This document shows positions 8,931-17,656 of a stretch of DNA of 20,000 nt, in pieces; position 1 is the first letter of the stretch, and the number at the start of each line of letters is the position of its first letter. The translations under genes were made by a program, and so were the position numbers. The DNA is taken from the sequence record DRR378314_485; one strand, written 5' to 3'. Below the pieces are notes generated by a model. The model was given only the letters and a program-made list of their open reading frames with translations. It made no database searches and was not told the origin of the DNA.

Positions 8931-10722
8931 TTTCTTCAGGCTCCGCTGAAATCATGGCTATTACTGTCCAACCCGACTGTGGTATCAATTCCCTTTCAGT
9001 GGTAAAAATATGGAGTTTTTCGGCATCGTCCAGCGCAAACATCGGCAACGCACGAGTTCCATACTTCTGCTGGTAGTCTGCAAAACTAAAACTGTCGGTA
9101 ATAGGTGTCGACTTAATTTTAGCGCCTTTAAAATGCAGGCTTGCAAGCTTTGAATAGGTTACGCTGTCGCCAAATAAGTTTAATGTCTTGCGGTAACTTT
9201 CGGTCAACTGATGGCTGGCTCGGTAATCCTGCTCTCCACCGTTTAAACCATGCACTTTTCTGGAACCAAACCAATCCTGATAGTACATAGACACTAAGGG
9301 GTTCAGCTGTTTGTAGGGCGACATAACCAACAACTGTCCAAGGCCGGTTAAATCAATATTATTAGCTGCGTGTTCAGAAGCCGGGTTACCAAAATACACA
9401 GGTAAGTTATCCATTCGCGCTAACTTGATGTTTTCCCAGTTGGTATCAGCCAGGCGAACCGGAATGCCGCTTTCCTGTATGCTTTTTGCAACCGCCCGCG
9501 CCATTTGGTTGGCACCGAAAATTAAGAACCCTTTGGCTTGAGGTTCCAGCAGCCCAAGCATTCTGGCCAGCGGTTTTGCAGTTAAACTCTGCAATACAAC
9601 GGTGGTCATTATCACTAGAAAAACCAACGGAACAACCGCCGCGGCTTCAGTCCAGCCTGACTCTTCCATTTTTAATGCGAACAATGCAGAAACTGCCGCC
9701 GCTACAATACCACGGGGGGCTATCCAGGATAATAGGACCTTATCTTTAAACCTCAGCTCGGTTCCTATCGCAGACAACCAAACAGCCAGAGGGCGCACCG
9801 CAAACAAAATAATGGCAATTAGAATAACTGCGGGCATTCCCAACGCATCAAACTCTGCAAAATCCAGCCGCGCTGCCAAAATAATGAAAAGCGCAGAAAT
9901 AAGGAGCACACTGAGAGTTTCCTTAAACTCTAGTATTTCTTCCATATTGAGGTTACGCGTATTGGCCATAACCATACCCATAACCGTAACGGTTAATAAG
10001 CCGGATTCATGTTGAATAGCGTTGGATAACGCGAAAACTCCCAGCACTATGGTCAGGGTAGCAACGTTTTGTAAATAATGCGGGAACCAGCCACGACCTA
10101 AAGCTAAACCTAACAGGCGAGCAGCGCCCCAGCCCAGAGCAAAACCCAGAGCAATGGTTGTCGCGAAAGCCTGCAACGCGTGCAGGAAAGCGACATCCTG
10201 ACTGGCAATAATAAACTCGTATACCAATACCGCGAGCAAAGCACCCAGCGGATCAATAATAATGCCTTCCCAGCGTAGAATATTTGCTAACTTATTAATC
10301 GGCCGGATAGAGCGTATCATAGGCTGAATAACGGTAGGCCCCGTTACCACAACAAGTGCGCCAAACAAGGCTGAAATTTCCCAGCCATAGCCCATAATAA
10401 AGTGCGTTAGCACCGCTATAACAATAAAGGTTACCAGCATGCCTATGCTGACCAGATTGGTTACCATACGGCCATGACCACGAATTTCTTCAAACTTAAG
10501 GGTCAGGCTGCCTTCGAATAAAATAACCGCTACCGCTAACGAGACAAAAGGAAATAACAAGTCTTCAAATAGCGAGTCGGGTTCAAGTAACCCCAAAGTA
10601 GGCCCTAGCAATAAGCCACAAATTAATAACGGCAGTATTGCCGGCAACTTAATACGCCACGCTAACCACTGACAACTAATGGACAATACGCCAATCAGGG
10701 CAAGCATCGATAAGTCAGACAT
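8893..10722 (-). CDS. CPA1 (NhaP-like) cation:proton antiporter with C-terminal RCK/TrkA-N-like domain (about 609 aa)
   Basis: Many transmembrane segments with ILFEG, VTGPTV, EGIIIDP and APRGIVAA motifs, and a cytoplasmic FLIFGANQMARAVA Rossmann-like tail. ATG at 10722 has a GGAG RBS and is preferred over the TTG at 10785. Confidence 0.9.
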   Translation of the reverse strand: MSDLSMLALIGVLSISCQWLAWRIKLPAILPLLICGLLLGPTLGLLEPDSLFEDLLFPFVSLAVAVILFEGSLTLKFEEIRGHGRMVTNLVSIGMLVTFIVIAVLTHFIMGYGWEISALFGALVVVTGPTVIQPMIRSIRPINKLANILRWEGIIIDPLGALLAVLVYEFIIASQDVAFLHALQAFATTIALGFALGWGAARLLGLALGRGWFPHYLQNVATLTIVLGVFALSNAIQHESGLLTVTVMGMVMANTRNLNMEEILEFKETLSVLLISALFIILAARLDFAEFDALGMPAVILIAIILFAVRPLAVWLSAIGTELRFKDKVLLSWIAPRGIVAAAVSALFALKMEESGWTEAAAVVPLVFLVIMTTVVLQSLTAKPLARMLGLLEPQAKGFLIFGANQMARAVAKSIQESGIPVRLADTNWENIKLARMDNLPVYFGNPASEHAANNIDLTGLGQLLVMSPYKQLNPLVSMYYQDWFGSRKVHGLNGGEQDYRASHQLTESYRKTLNLFGDSVTYSKLASLHFKGAKIKSTPITDSFSFADYQQKYGTRALPMFALDDAEKLHIFTTERELIPQSGWTVIAMISAEPEENDVEQDNAERKE

Positions 10723-10813
10723 AATTTCTCCGCTGAAAGTAAGTCGTTTTAGAATAGCAGAAGCTAACACTCTGACTACCCTCAAATAGCGAATTTAGAT
10801 GACTATTTTTTTA

Positions 10814-10832
10814 AATGAGAATGGCTATCATT
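10814..10832. promoter_or_regulatory. Fur box upstream of the Fe3+ ABC transporter
   Basis: AATGAGAAT-G-GCTATCATT matches the 9-1-9 consensus AATGATAAT-N-ATTATCATT at 15 of 18 positions. It covers the expected -35 region of the fbpA promoter. Confidence 0.85.
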
Positions 10833-10844
10833 ATTCGCTTTGTT

Positions 10845-10853
10845 TGATATAAT
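10845..10853 (+). promoter_or_regulatory. Extended -10 promoter of fbpABC (TG-A-TATAAT)
   Basis: Perfect TGnTATAAT ending 43 nt before the ATG. RBS AAGGAG at 10882-10887. Confidence 0.8.
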
Positions 10854-10896
10854 CGTCGCGTTTCTCTTAAAATAGTTCGTTAAGGAGTCATCTGAA

Positions 10897-11922
10897 ATGC
10901 GTAAATTTCATTCACTACTGGCAATACTTGCTGCGACTTCTGCGACACTGGTGTCCTTCACTAGCGCCGCCGCTGAAGTTAATATTTACTCAGCCCGAAA
11001 AGAAGCGCTGATCAAACCCGTTTTGGAAAAATTCACTGAAGAAACCGGCATCGAAGTTAATTTATTAACCGGTAAAGCGGACGCGTTGCTGGCCCGATTG
11101 AACTCCGAAGGCGAGAACACCCCGGCGGATCTATTTTTAACCGTTGACGCAGGTGCTCTTCACCGCGCCGTTGAAGCAGACGCGTTTCAGGCGGTAAACT
11201 CTGACGAAATTAATTCAGCCGTTCCTTCTCATTTTCGCTCTACCGACAACCTTTGGTTCGGATTAAGTTTACGCGCCCGCCCCATTTTTTACTCGCCAGA
11301 GCGCGTTAACCCGGACGAACTGGACTCTTATTTAAGCCTCGCAGATGAAAAATGGAACGACCGTATCTGCATCCGCTCTTCCAATAATCTGTATAACCAG
11401 TCGTTAGTTGCTGCGCTAATTGAACACCACGGCGCAGAAAAAACTGAAGAATGGGCAGAAGACTTTGTCGAAAACTTTGCTCGCAAACCCGTTGGTGGCG
11501 ACCGCGACCAAATTAAAGGCGTAGCTTTTGGTGTTTGTGATATCGCTATTGCCAATACCTATTACTTTGGTCATATGCTGAACTCCGACGACGCAGAAGA
11601 GCGTTCAGCGGCCGAAAAAGTTAAAATATTCTGGCCAGCACAGGACAAACAAGGCGCTCATGTAAACGTCTCTGGCATAGGCATTACCAAACACGCTAAA
11701 AACGTTGACGAAGCTCAAAAGCTCATCGAGTTCCTGGTCTCTGAAGAATCACAAAAATGGTATGCTCAGGCCAACTATGAATACCCGGTTCGCGAAGGCG
11801 TCGAATGGAGTGAAACACTCCAGCAGTGGGGTGACTTTAAACAGGATGACATTGAAATGGATATTCTGGGTGAGAATAACGGCGACGCTGTGCGTTTAAT
11901 GAACCGTGCCGGCTGGCGTTAA
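10897..11922 (+). CDS. fbpA: Fe3+ ABC transporter periplasmic binding protein (FbpA/FutA family)
   Basis: Signal peptide, and VNIYSAR, PADLFLTVD, NLYNQSL, GGDRDQIK, ANTYY (iron-ligand tyrosine pair) and NYEYP motifs. Fur box upstream. Confidence 0.93.
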   Translation: MRKFHSLLAILAATSATLVSFTSAAAEVNIYSARKEALIKPVLEKFTEETGIEVNLLTGKADALLARLNSEGENTPADLFLTVDAGALHRAVEADAFQAVNSDEINSAVPSHFRSTDNLWFGLSLRARPIFYSPERVNPDELDSYLSLADEKWNDRICIRSSNNLYNQSLVAALIEHHGAEKTEEWAEDFVENFARKPVGGDRDQIKGVAFGVCDIAIANTYYFGHMLNSDDAEERSAAEKVKIFWPAQDKQGAHVNVSGIGITKHAKNVDEAQKLIEFLVSEESQKWYAQANYEYPVREGVEWSETLQQWGDFKQDDIEMDILGENNGDAVRLMNRAGWR

Positions 11923-11944
11923 TTTACTACCAGGAGACGTATAG

Positions 11945-13573
11945 ATGAACCGTGGCACGCTGTTGCTGTTTGCCGTCGCGGTCTTGATAGGGCTACCACT
12001 CATAGTGGTAGCTTTGTCGTTACTGAACCCTCAATGGGACACTCTGCAACATCTTTGGCAAACCGTGATACCGGAATACATCGGTCATTCAGTGATCTTA
12101 TTATTCGCTGTCGGTACCGGTGTCACTTTGCTCGGGGTAAGTACGGCCTGGTGCATTAGTCAATACGATTTTCCCGGCTGGCGTTGGTTAAGCTGGGCGT
12201 TATTGCTGCCACTGGCTATGCCTGCCTACATTACAGCTTATACCTATACAAGCCTGCTCGATTATGCCGGCCCGGTACAGGGGGTTATCCGGGACATTTT
12301 CTCTGTCAATATAGGTGAGTACTGGTTTCCTGAAATACGCAGCCTGAACGGTGCTATCTTTGTTCTTTGTATTGTTCTTTACCCCTACGTCTACCTTATT
12401 ACACGCTCCGCTTTCATGCAGCAATCAACAACCGCGTTTGAAAGTGCAAAAACTCTGGGCGCCAGCTCATTACGAAGTTTCTGGAAAGTTGCTCTGCCAC
12501 TGGCGCGACCGGCTATAGCAACAGGCGTCACTCTGGCGTTAATGGAAACTCTGGCTGATTACGGCACCATGGAATACTTCGGCGTCACAGTGTTTACCAC
12601 AGGTATCTTCCGCACCTGGTATGGCATTGGCGATGCGCAGGGAGCGCTGCAACTGTCCGCTTTATTGCTGGTATTCGTCATTATTTTGATAATGGTTGAA
12701 CGTTACTCCAGACGTCGCGCTCGTTTTTATCAACAGCGCTCTGCAACCAAGCCTCCTCAGCGGCGACCACTAAGCGGCTGGCGAGCGGCTCTGGCTTCGC
12801 TGGTCTGCTGGCTGCCCGTTGTGCTTGGCTTTGTTATACCAGCGACACAACTGCTCTTGTGGTCGGTTCAGAAATCAGAAATATGGCAGCAAAGCGAATT
12901 CTGGATGTTAACCTTCAACACACTCTGGTTAGGCTTATTAGCGGCGTTGATCACTGTTGCTCTGGCATTATGGCTTGCTTACGGTCGCCGGCGCCACCCT
13001 ACCCGACCTTTACGCGCGGCTATCAGTCTGGCGGGCATGGGCTACGCTATTCCCGGTATTGTTATAGCCGTTGGATTGTTATCGCCTTTAGCCTGGCTAG
13101 ACAATCAAATTATCAGTATCAGCGAATGGTTATTCGACTTTAATCCCGGTTTATTATTCTCTGGTACCGTTGTCGCGCTTTTGTTTGCCTACAGTGTCCG
13201 GTTTTTATCGGTGTCCTTGCAAACCGTTAACTCGGGGCTGGAACAAATCACACCGCAAATGGACGATACAGCGAGAACTCTGGGCGCCAGCGGTAAACGT
13301 ATTTTATGGCGGGTTCACTTACCCTTGCTTCGCAGCCCGTTATTGGCGGCGTTAATTTTGGTGCTGGTCGATGTGATGAAAGAACTGCCCGCCACGCTGG
13401 TATTACGTCCATTTGATTTTAACACTCTGGCAGTGCGCGCATTCGAAATGGCCTCTGATGAACGCTTAGCTGATGCCGGGCCCCCCGCATTGATGATTGT
13501 CGCAGTCGGGCTAATTCCGGTTATTATGCTGTCCCGGGCCTTACGCAGTAAAACACTGAAAGCAGGAGAGTAA
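11945..13573 (+). CDS. fbpB: Fe3+ ABC transporter permease (two fused permease domains)
   Basis: LPLAMPAYI, LYPYVY, two EAA-like loops (ESAKTLGAS and DTARTLGAS), METLADYG and KELPATL. RBS AGGAG. Confidence 0.93.
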   Translation: MNRGTLLLFAVAVLIGLPLIVVALSLLNPQWDTLQHLWQTVIPEYIGHSVILLFAVGTGVTLLGVSTAWCISQYDFPGWRWLSWALLLPLAMPAYITAYTYTSLLDYAGPVQGVIRDIFSVNIGEYWFPEIRSLNGAIFVLCIVLYPYVYLITRSAFMQQSTTAFESAKTLGASSLRSFWKVALPLARPAIATGVTLALMETLADYGTMEYFGVTVFTTGIFRTWYGIGDAQGALQLSALLLVFVIILIMVERYSRRRARFYQQRSATKPPQRRPLSGWRAALASLVCWLPVVLGFVIPATQLLLWSVQKSEIWQQSEFWMLTFNTLWLGLLAALITVALALWLAYGRRRHPTRPLRAAISLAGMGYAIPGIVIAVGLLSPLAWLDNQIISISEWLFDFNPGLLFSGTVVALLFAYSVRFLSVSLQTVNSGLEQITPQMDDTARTLGASGKRILWRVHLPLLRSPLLAALILVLVDVMKELPATLVLRPFDFNTLAVRAFEMASDERLADAGPPALMIVAVGLIPVIMLSRALRSKTLKAGE

Positions 13574-14632
13574 ATGAGCACATTACTGAATATTGACGCA
13601 GTCAGCATCCAGCTCTCCGGTGACCTCATCGTCGACAGACTGAGTTTGTCTCTGGAGCCGGGTGAGATAGGTTGCCTGCTAGGCCCCAGTGGCTGTGGGA
13701 AAACCACTTTGCTGCGCGCTATTGCCGGCTTTATTCCGGTTTCCGGCGGACAAGTTGAGCTGCACGGAAAAACGGTCTCATCCAGCCAGGTGCAAGTACC
13801 AACCGAGCAAAGAGAAGTTGGTATGATGTTCCAGGATTTTTCATTATTCCCCCACTTAACTGTGGCCGACAATATCCGTTTTGGCATTAATCGATTACCC
13901 AAAAAGCAGCAGGAAGAGCGAGTTAAAGAGCTGCTCATCCGCATTGGTCTTAACGGTTATCAAAATCGCTACCCGCACGAGCTATCCGGAGGGCAGCAAC
14001 AACGGATTGCTCTGGCCCGCGCTCTGGCTCCGAAACCTAAATTGATGCTGCTTGATGAGCCCTTCTCCAGTCTTGATGCCGAACTACGCGAAGTGCTGGC
14101 TCACGACGTTAGACGATTGCTAAAAGAAGAAGGTATTACCGCATTACTGGTGACTCATGATCAGCAAGAAGCTTTTGCTATGGCAGATAAATCCGGCGTG
14201 ATGTATTCAGGTCAGCTACTGCAGTGGGAAACGCCTTATGCCCTTTATCATCAACCAACGCATCAACTGGTCGCCGACTTTATTGGCCGCGGCGTTTTGC
14301 TGAATGGCGAAATAAGAGAACATCAATTACATTGTGCATTTGGAATCATAGAGCACTCTCAGTTGCACAACAAACCCGACATGAGTGTTAACTTTTTAGT
14401 TCGCCCCGATGATGTATTAATTAATAACGATAGCAGTATGCAGGCCATAGTGGTTGGCTGCGGTTTTCGTGGTTCGCATTATCTCTATACTCTGGAGCTG
14501 GCCGACACCAGTCACGTGTTGGCGGTCGGTCCATCACACCAACCGTTAAAAACAGGCGAACAAATTGGAATTGATATCGACTTTGATCATTTGGTCGTAT
14601 TCGACTCGTCTTTGTGCGAGTTGCCCGACTAA
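13574..14632 (+). CDS. fbpC: Fe3+ ABC transporter ATP-binding protein
   Basis: Walker A GPSGCGKTT, signature LSGGQQQR, Walker B LLDEP and VTHD switch. The ATG directly follows the fbpB TAA. Confidence 0.93.
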   Translation: MSTLLNIDAVSIQLSGDLIVDRLSLSLEPGEIGCLLGPSGCGKTTLLRAIAGFIPVSGGQVELHGKTVSSSQVQVPTEQREVGMMFQDFSLFPHLTVADNIRFGINRLPKKQQEERVKELLIRIGLNGYQNRYPHELSGGQQQRIALARALAPKPKLMLLDEPFSSLDAELREVLAHDVRRLLKEEGITALLVTHDQQEAFAMADKSGVMYSGQLLQWETPYALYHQPTHQLVADFIGRGVLLNGEIREHQLHCAFGIIEHSQLHNKPDMSVNFLVRPDDVLINNDSSMQAIVVGCGFRGSHYLYTLELADTSHVLAVGPSHQPLKTGEQIGIDIDFDHLVVFDSSLCELPD

Positions 14633-14648
14633 CTGATGCGTAAAACAA

Positions 14649-14677
14649 ATGACAAGTTGAATACCTCACTATAGACT
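14649..14677 (+). promoter_or_regulatory. Candidate sigma70 promoter for the ZntB/CorA-family gene
   Basis: ATGACA (14649-14654), a 17 nt spacer, then TAGACT (14672-14677). Matches are 5/6 to TTGACA and 4/6 to TATAAT. Confidence 0.6.
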
Positions 14678-14705
14678 CTGAATAATTGTCATATGTGAGG
14701 ATTCT

Positions 14706-15647
14706 ATGGATTTTTTAATTGACGCATGGGATTTCAGTCAACATCCCGCAAAACAACTTCAGTCGCCATCGCGCGCCACAGAAAACACCTGGTTTCATTT
14801 TCAGCGTGATGCCGAAGGGTTAACCGAATGGTTAACTCAAGCCGGTATACCAGAACCTCTTATTGATGCGGTACTGGAAGAAGATACCCGTCCTCGTTTT
14901 CAGCGTTTACCCGACGGTTTTATGCTGTTGCTACGGGGTGTTAATTTAAACACGGGTGAATCTCCCGAAGACATGCTCAGTCTGCGTCTACTGTATTATA
15001 AGGGCGCGTTGTACAGTTTTCGTAAACGTCCTTTTTTATCCGTAGCAAAATTGCGTGAGCAACTTGGTCAACAAATAGGGCCGGAGTCGTTACACGACTT
15101 TATCGTTGCCCTAATTGAGCAATTAAACTTACGAATTGAAGATGTGGTGTCCTCAGCGGAGCAAAAATTGGAAGCTATTGAGGGTGAAGGCTTTGATAAT
15201 ACCGCATCGGTTCAGATAAAACTCACCGCTTTGCATCGTCGTCTGTTACGCCTTAACCGCTTTATCCGCCCGCAGTTGGCCGCTTTAGAAAAACTCAGTA
15301 CCGAAACCGAAAAGGTTATGAGCACAGAGTTGCACCAATGGCTTATCAACGAGCGCGATACCACTCAGCGCTTATTCGAGCAAATTGACCTGATGCTGGA
15401 GCAAATCTGGATGCAGCGCGAGCAACTGCAGCAAGCCATAGCCGAAAAAATGAATCGCAACACCTATTGGCTCTCGGTTATTGCCGGAGTGTTTTTACCC
15501 CTCAGTTTTTTAACCGGTGTTTTTGGAATAAACATTGGTGGTATGCCCGGGGTAGAAAGCGAAGGTGCATTTATGATTTTCTGTGGTGCGCTGGTAATTA
15601 TCGCGATTGTCGAATTCCTGTTGTTGAGACGCCTGAGATTCTGGTAA
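14706..15647 (+). CDS. zntB: CorA-superfamily divalent metal transporter, ZntB-like
   Basis: EEDTRPRF, LRGVNLN and PEDMLSLR motifs. Two C-terminal transmembrane helices with FLPLSFLTGVFGINIGGMPG, which has GIN in place of the CorA GMN. The substrate is not established. Confidence 0.8.
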   Translation: MDFLIDAWDFSQHPAKQLQSPSRATENTWFHFQRDAEGLTEWLTQAGIPEPLIDAVLEEDTRPRFQRLPDGFMLLLRGVNLNTGESPEDMLSLRLLYYKGALYSFRKRPFLSVAKLREQLGQQIGPESLHDFIVALIEQLNLRIEDVVSSAEQKLEAIEGEGFDNTASVQIKLTALHRRLLRLNRFIRPQLAALEKLSTETEKVMSTELHQWLINERDTTQRLFEQIDLMLEQIWMQREQLQQAIAEKMNRNTYWLSVIAGVFLPLSFLTGVFGINIGGMPGVESEGAFMIFCGALVIIAIVEFLLLRRLRFW

Positions 15648-15669
15648 ACCTGACTTATATCAAAGCGGT

Positions 15670-15685
15670 TTAGACCTAAGTCGAA
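15670..15685. promoter_or_regulatory. Candidate CrbR/ErdR-type activator site (TTAGAC-N4-GTCGAA)
   Basis: Inverted repeat with one mismatch and a GAC-N4-GTC core. It lies just upstream of a poor -35 and a TATGCT -10 (15708-15713), in front of an acyl-CoA synthetase gene. Confidence 0.6.
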
Positions 15686-15748
15686 TAGGAAATTTAAGCC
15701 AACAGAATATGCTTAAAGGCTCTGCATAAAAGGATTTGAGGTAGTGCT

Positions 15749-17620
15749 ATGCAAGCCTATAAAAACGTTTACTCCGAAGCTCAGCAAGATCCTGAAGGTT
15801 TTTGGCTGGAGCAAGCGCGTCTCTTAAATTGGTTCAAAACGCCTAAAGTCGCAGCCCGGGTCAAAAAGAATGGACTGGCAGACTGGTTTCCGGATGGCGA
15901 AGTTAACATCAGTTATTTAGCACTCGATGCACAAATTGAAGCAGGCCGCGGCGAGCAAGTCGCTTTGTATTACGACTCACCGGTTACCGAAAGTAAAACC
16001 AGTTACACCTTTAATCAGTTACGGGAGCAGGTTGCCTGCTTTGCTCATGTGCTAAAGCAACACGGCGTAGAAAAAGGCGACCGGGTTATTATTTATCTCC
16101 CTATGATACCGCAAGCCGCTATTGCAATGCTGGCCTGCGCTCGCATTGGGGCCATTCACTCCGTCGTTTTTGGTGGCTTTGCTGCGCACGAACTGGCTGT
16201 TCGCATCGACGACGCGGCTCCCAAACTCATTATCACCGCGTCTTGTGGTATTGAGGGGACCAAAGTTCTGCCCTACAAACCTATTGTGGATAAAGCTCTG
16301 GCTGAAGCGAGCTACAAACCGCGCACTATTGTCTACCAGCGCGAGCAGTGCCAGGCAGACATGCAAGAAGGTCAGGACACCGACTGGGAACAGGCACTGA
16401 CGACAGCAAGCTCTGTAGAAGCCATTCCTCTACCGGCAACTCATCCTCTTTATATTCTCTATACCTCGGGCACTACGGGCAAGCCGAAAGGCGTTGTGCG
16501 CGACCACGGCGGCTATGCCGTTGCCCTGAATTTTTCCATGAATTACGTTTACGGATTAAAGCCGGGGGAAGTCTTCTTCACGGCATCCGATGTGGGCTGG
16601 GTCGTTGGTCACTCTTATATTGTTTATGGTCCACTGCTTTTTGGTTGCAGCAGTGTACTGTACGAAGGCAAGCCGGTGAATACACCAGACGCAGGTGCAT
16701 TCTGGCGCATAGTTCAGGACTATAACGTCAGCGCCATCTTTTCTGCTCCGACGGCTTTCCGGGCAATAAAAAAAGAAGACCCTGAAGGCGAGTTTATTCA
16801 GCGCTATAACTTAAGCTCACTGAAACGCATTTATATGGCCGGAGAGCGTTTAGATCCGGCTACCTATGAATGGACAACCGAATTAACCGACCTGCCGGTT
16901 TACGACCACTGGTGGCAGACCGAGAGCGGCTGGCCAATGTGCGCTAACCCGGTTGGTATTGGAGCGGTAAAAGTGAAACCCGGCTCATCTACCTTTCCGG
17001 TTCCCGGCTATGAAATTAGTGTCCTGGACCCACTGGGAAAAAGTTTAGGCAGCAAAGAAGAAGGTGCAATTTGCGTACGCTTACCTTTACCTCCAGGATG
17101 TCTGACTACCGTATGGGGCGATGAACAACGCCTGCACAGCAGTTATCTCAATGCCTTTCCGGGTTACTACTGCAGTGGCGACGGTGGGTACATCGACGAA
17201 CAAGGCTATGTTTTTATCATGGGTCGTACAGACGATGTGATAAACGTTGCAGGCCATCGCTTATCCACCGGGGAAATGGAAGAAATTTTGGCAGCCCATA
17301 AAGACGTTGCCGAATGCGCTGTTGTTGCACAACCGGATGAGCTAAAAGGCGAATTACCGGTTGGTTTTGTTATTCTTAAAAACTCTTCCACCATTGATCA
17401 TGAGCAATTACAACAGGAACTTATCCAGTCAATACGCGAAGAAATTGGCGCAATTGCCTGCCTGAAAACCCTGCACATTGTGCCCCGGCTACCTAAAACA
17501 CGGTCAGGAAAAATATTGAGACGCCTTATCCGACAGGTTCTGCAGCGCGAAGACGTAGCAGTTCCCTCGACTATTGACGACCCAACAAGTATTGATGCTA
17601 TTAAGGAAACTCTGCGTTAA
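15749..17620 (+). CDS. prpE: Propionyl-CoA synthetase-like short-chain acyl-CoA ligase
   Basis: YTSGTTGKPKG AMP-binding loop, SDVGWVVGHSYIVYGPL, DHWWQTESGW, GRTDDVINVAGHRLSTGEMEE, and PKTRSGKILRR with the acetylatable Lys. These are closer to the PrpE/ACSS3 type than to Acs. Confidence 0.85.
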   Translation: MQAYKNVYSEAQQDPEGFWLEQARLLNWFKTPKVAARVKKNGLADWFPDGEVNISYLALDAQIEAGRGEQVALYYDSPVTESKTSYTFNQLREQVACFAHVLKQHGVEKGDRVIIYLPMIPQAAIAMLACARIGAIHSVVFGGFAAHELAVRIDDAAPKLIITASCGIEGTKVLPYKPIVDKALAEASYKPRTIVYQREQCQADMQEGQDTDWEQALTTASSVEAIPLPATHPLYILYTSGTTGKPKGVVRDHGGYAVALNFSMNYVYGLKPGEVFFTASDVGWVVGHSYIVYGPLLFGCSSVLYEGKPVNTPDAGAFWRIVQDYNVSAIFSAPTAFRAIKKEDPEGEFIQRYNLSSLKRIYMAGERLDPATYEWTTELTDLPVYDHWWQTESGWPMCANPVGIGAVKVKPGSSTFPVPGYEISVLDPLGKSLGSKEEGAICVRLPLPPGCLTTVWGDEQRLHSSYLNAFPGYYCSGDGGYIDEQGYVFIMGRTDDVINVAGHRLSTGEMEEILAAHKDVAECAVVAQPDELKGELPVGFVILKNSSTIDHEQLQQELIQSIREEIGAIACLKTLHIVPRLPKTRSGKILRRLIRQVLQREDVAVPSTIDDPTSIDAIKETLR

Positions 17621-17656
17621 ACTATCGCCCTTTCTTTTTAACAGGAACAGGGTGTT

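Noticed and set aside
10864..10887. Weak CTCTTAA/TTAAGGAG pairing over the fbpA RBS
   Set aside because: Only 6-7 mostly A-U pairs, which is expected by chance in an AT-rich leader.
13315..13944. 209-aa minus-strand ORF antisense to fbpB/fbpC, plus other shadow ORFs such as 9602-10015, 18070-18549 and 16348-16725
   Set aside because: They lie wholly on top of well-conserved genes and have no recognisable domains. Long antisense frames are common opposite ABC ATPase and membrane-protein genes.
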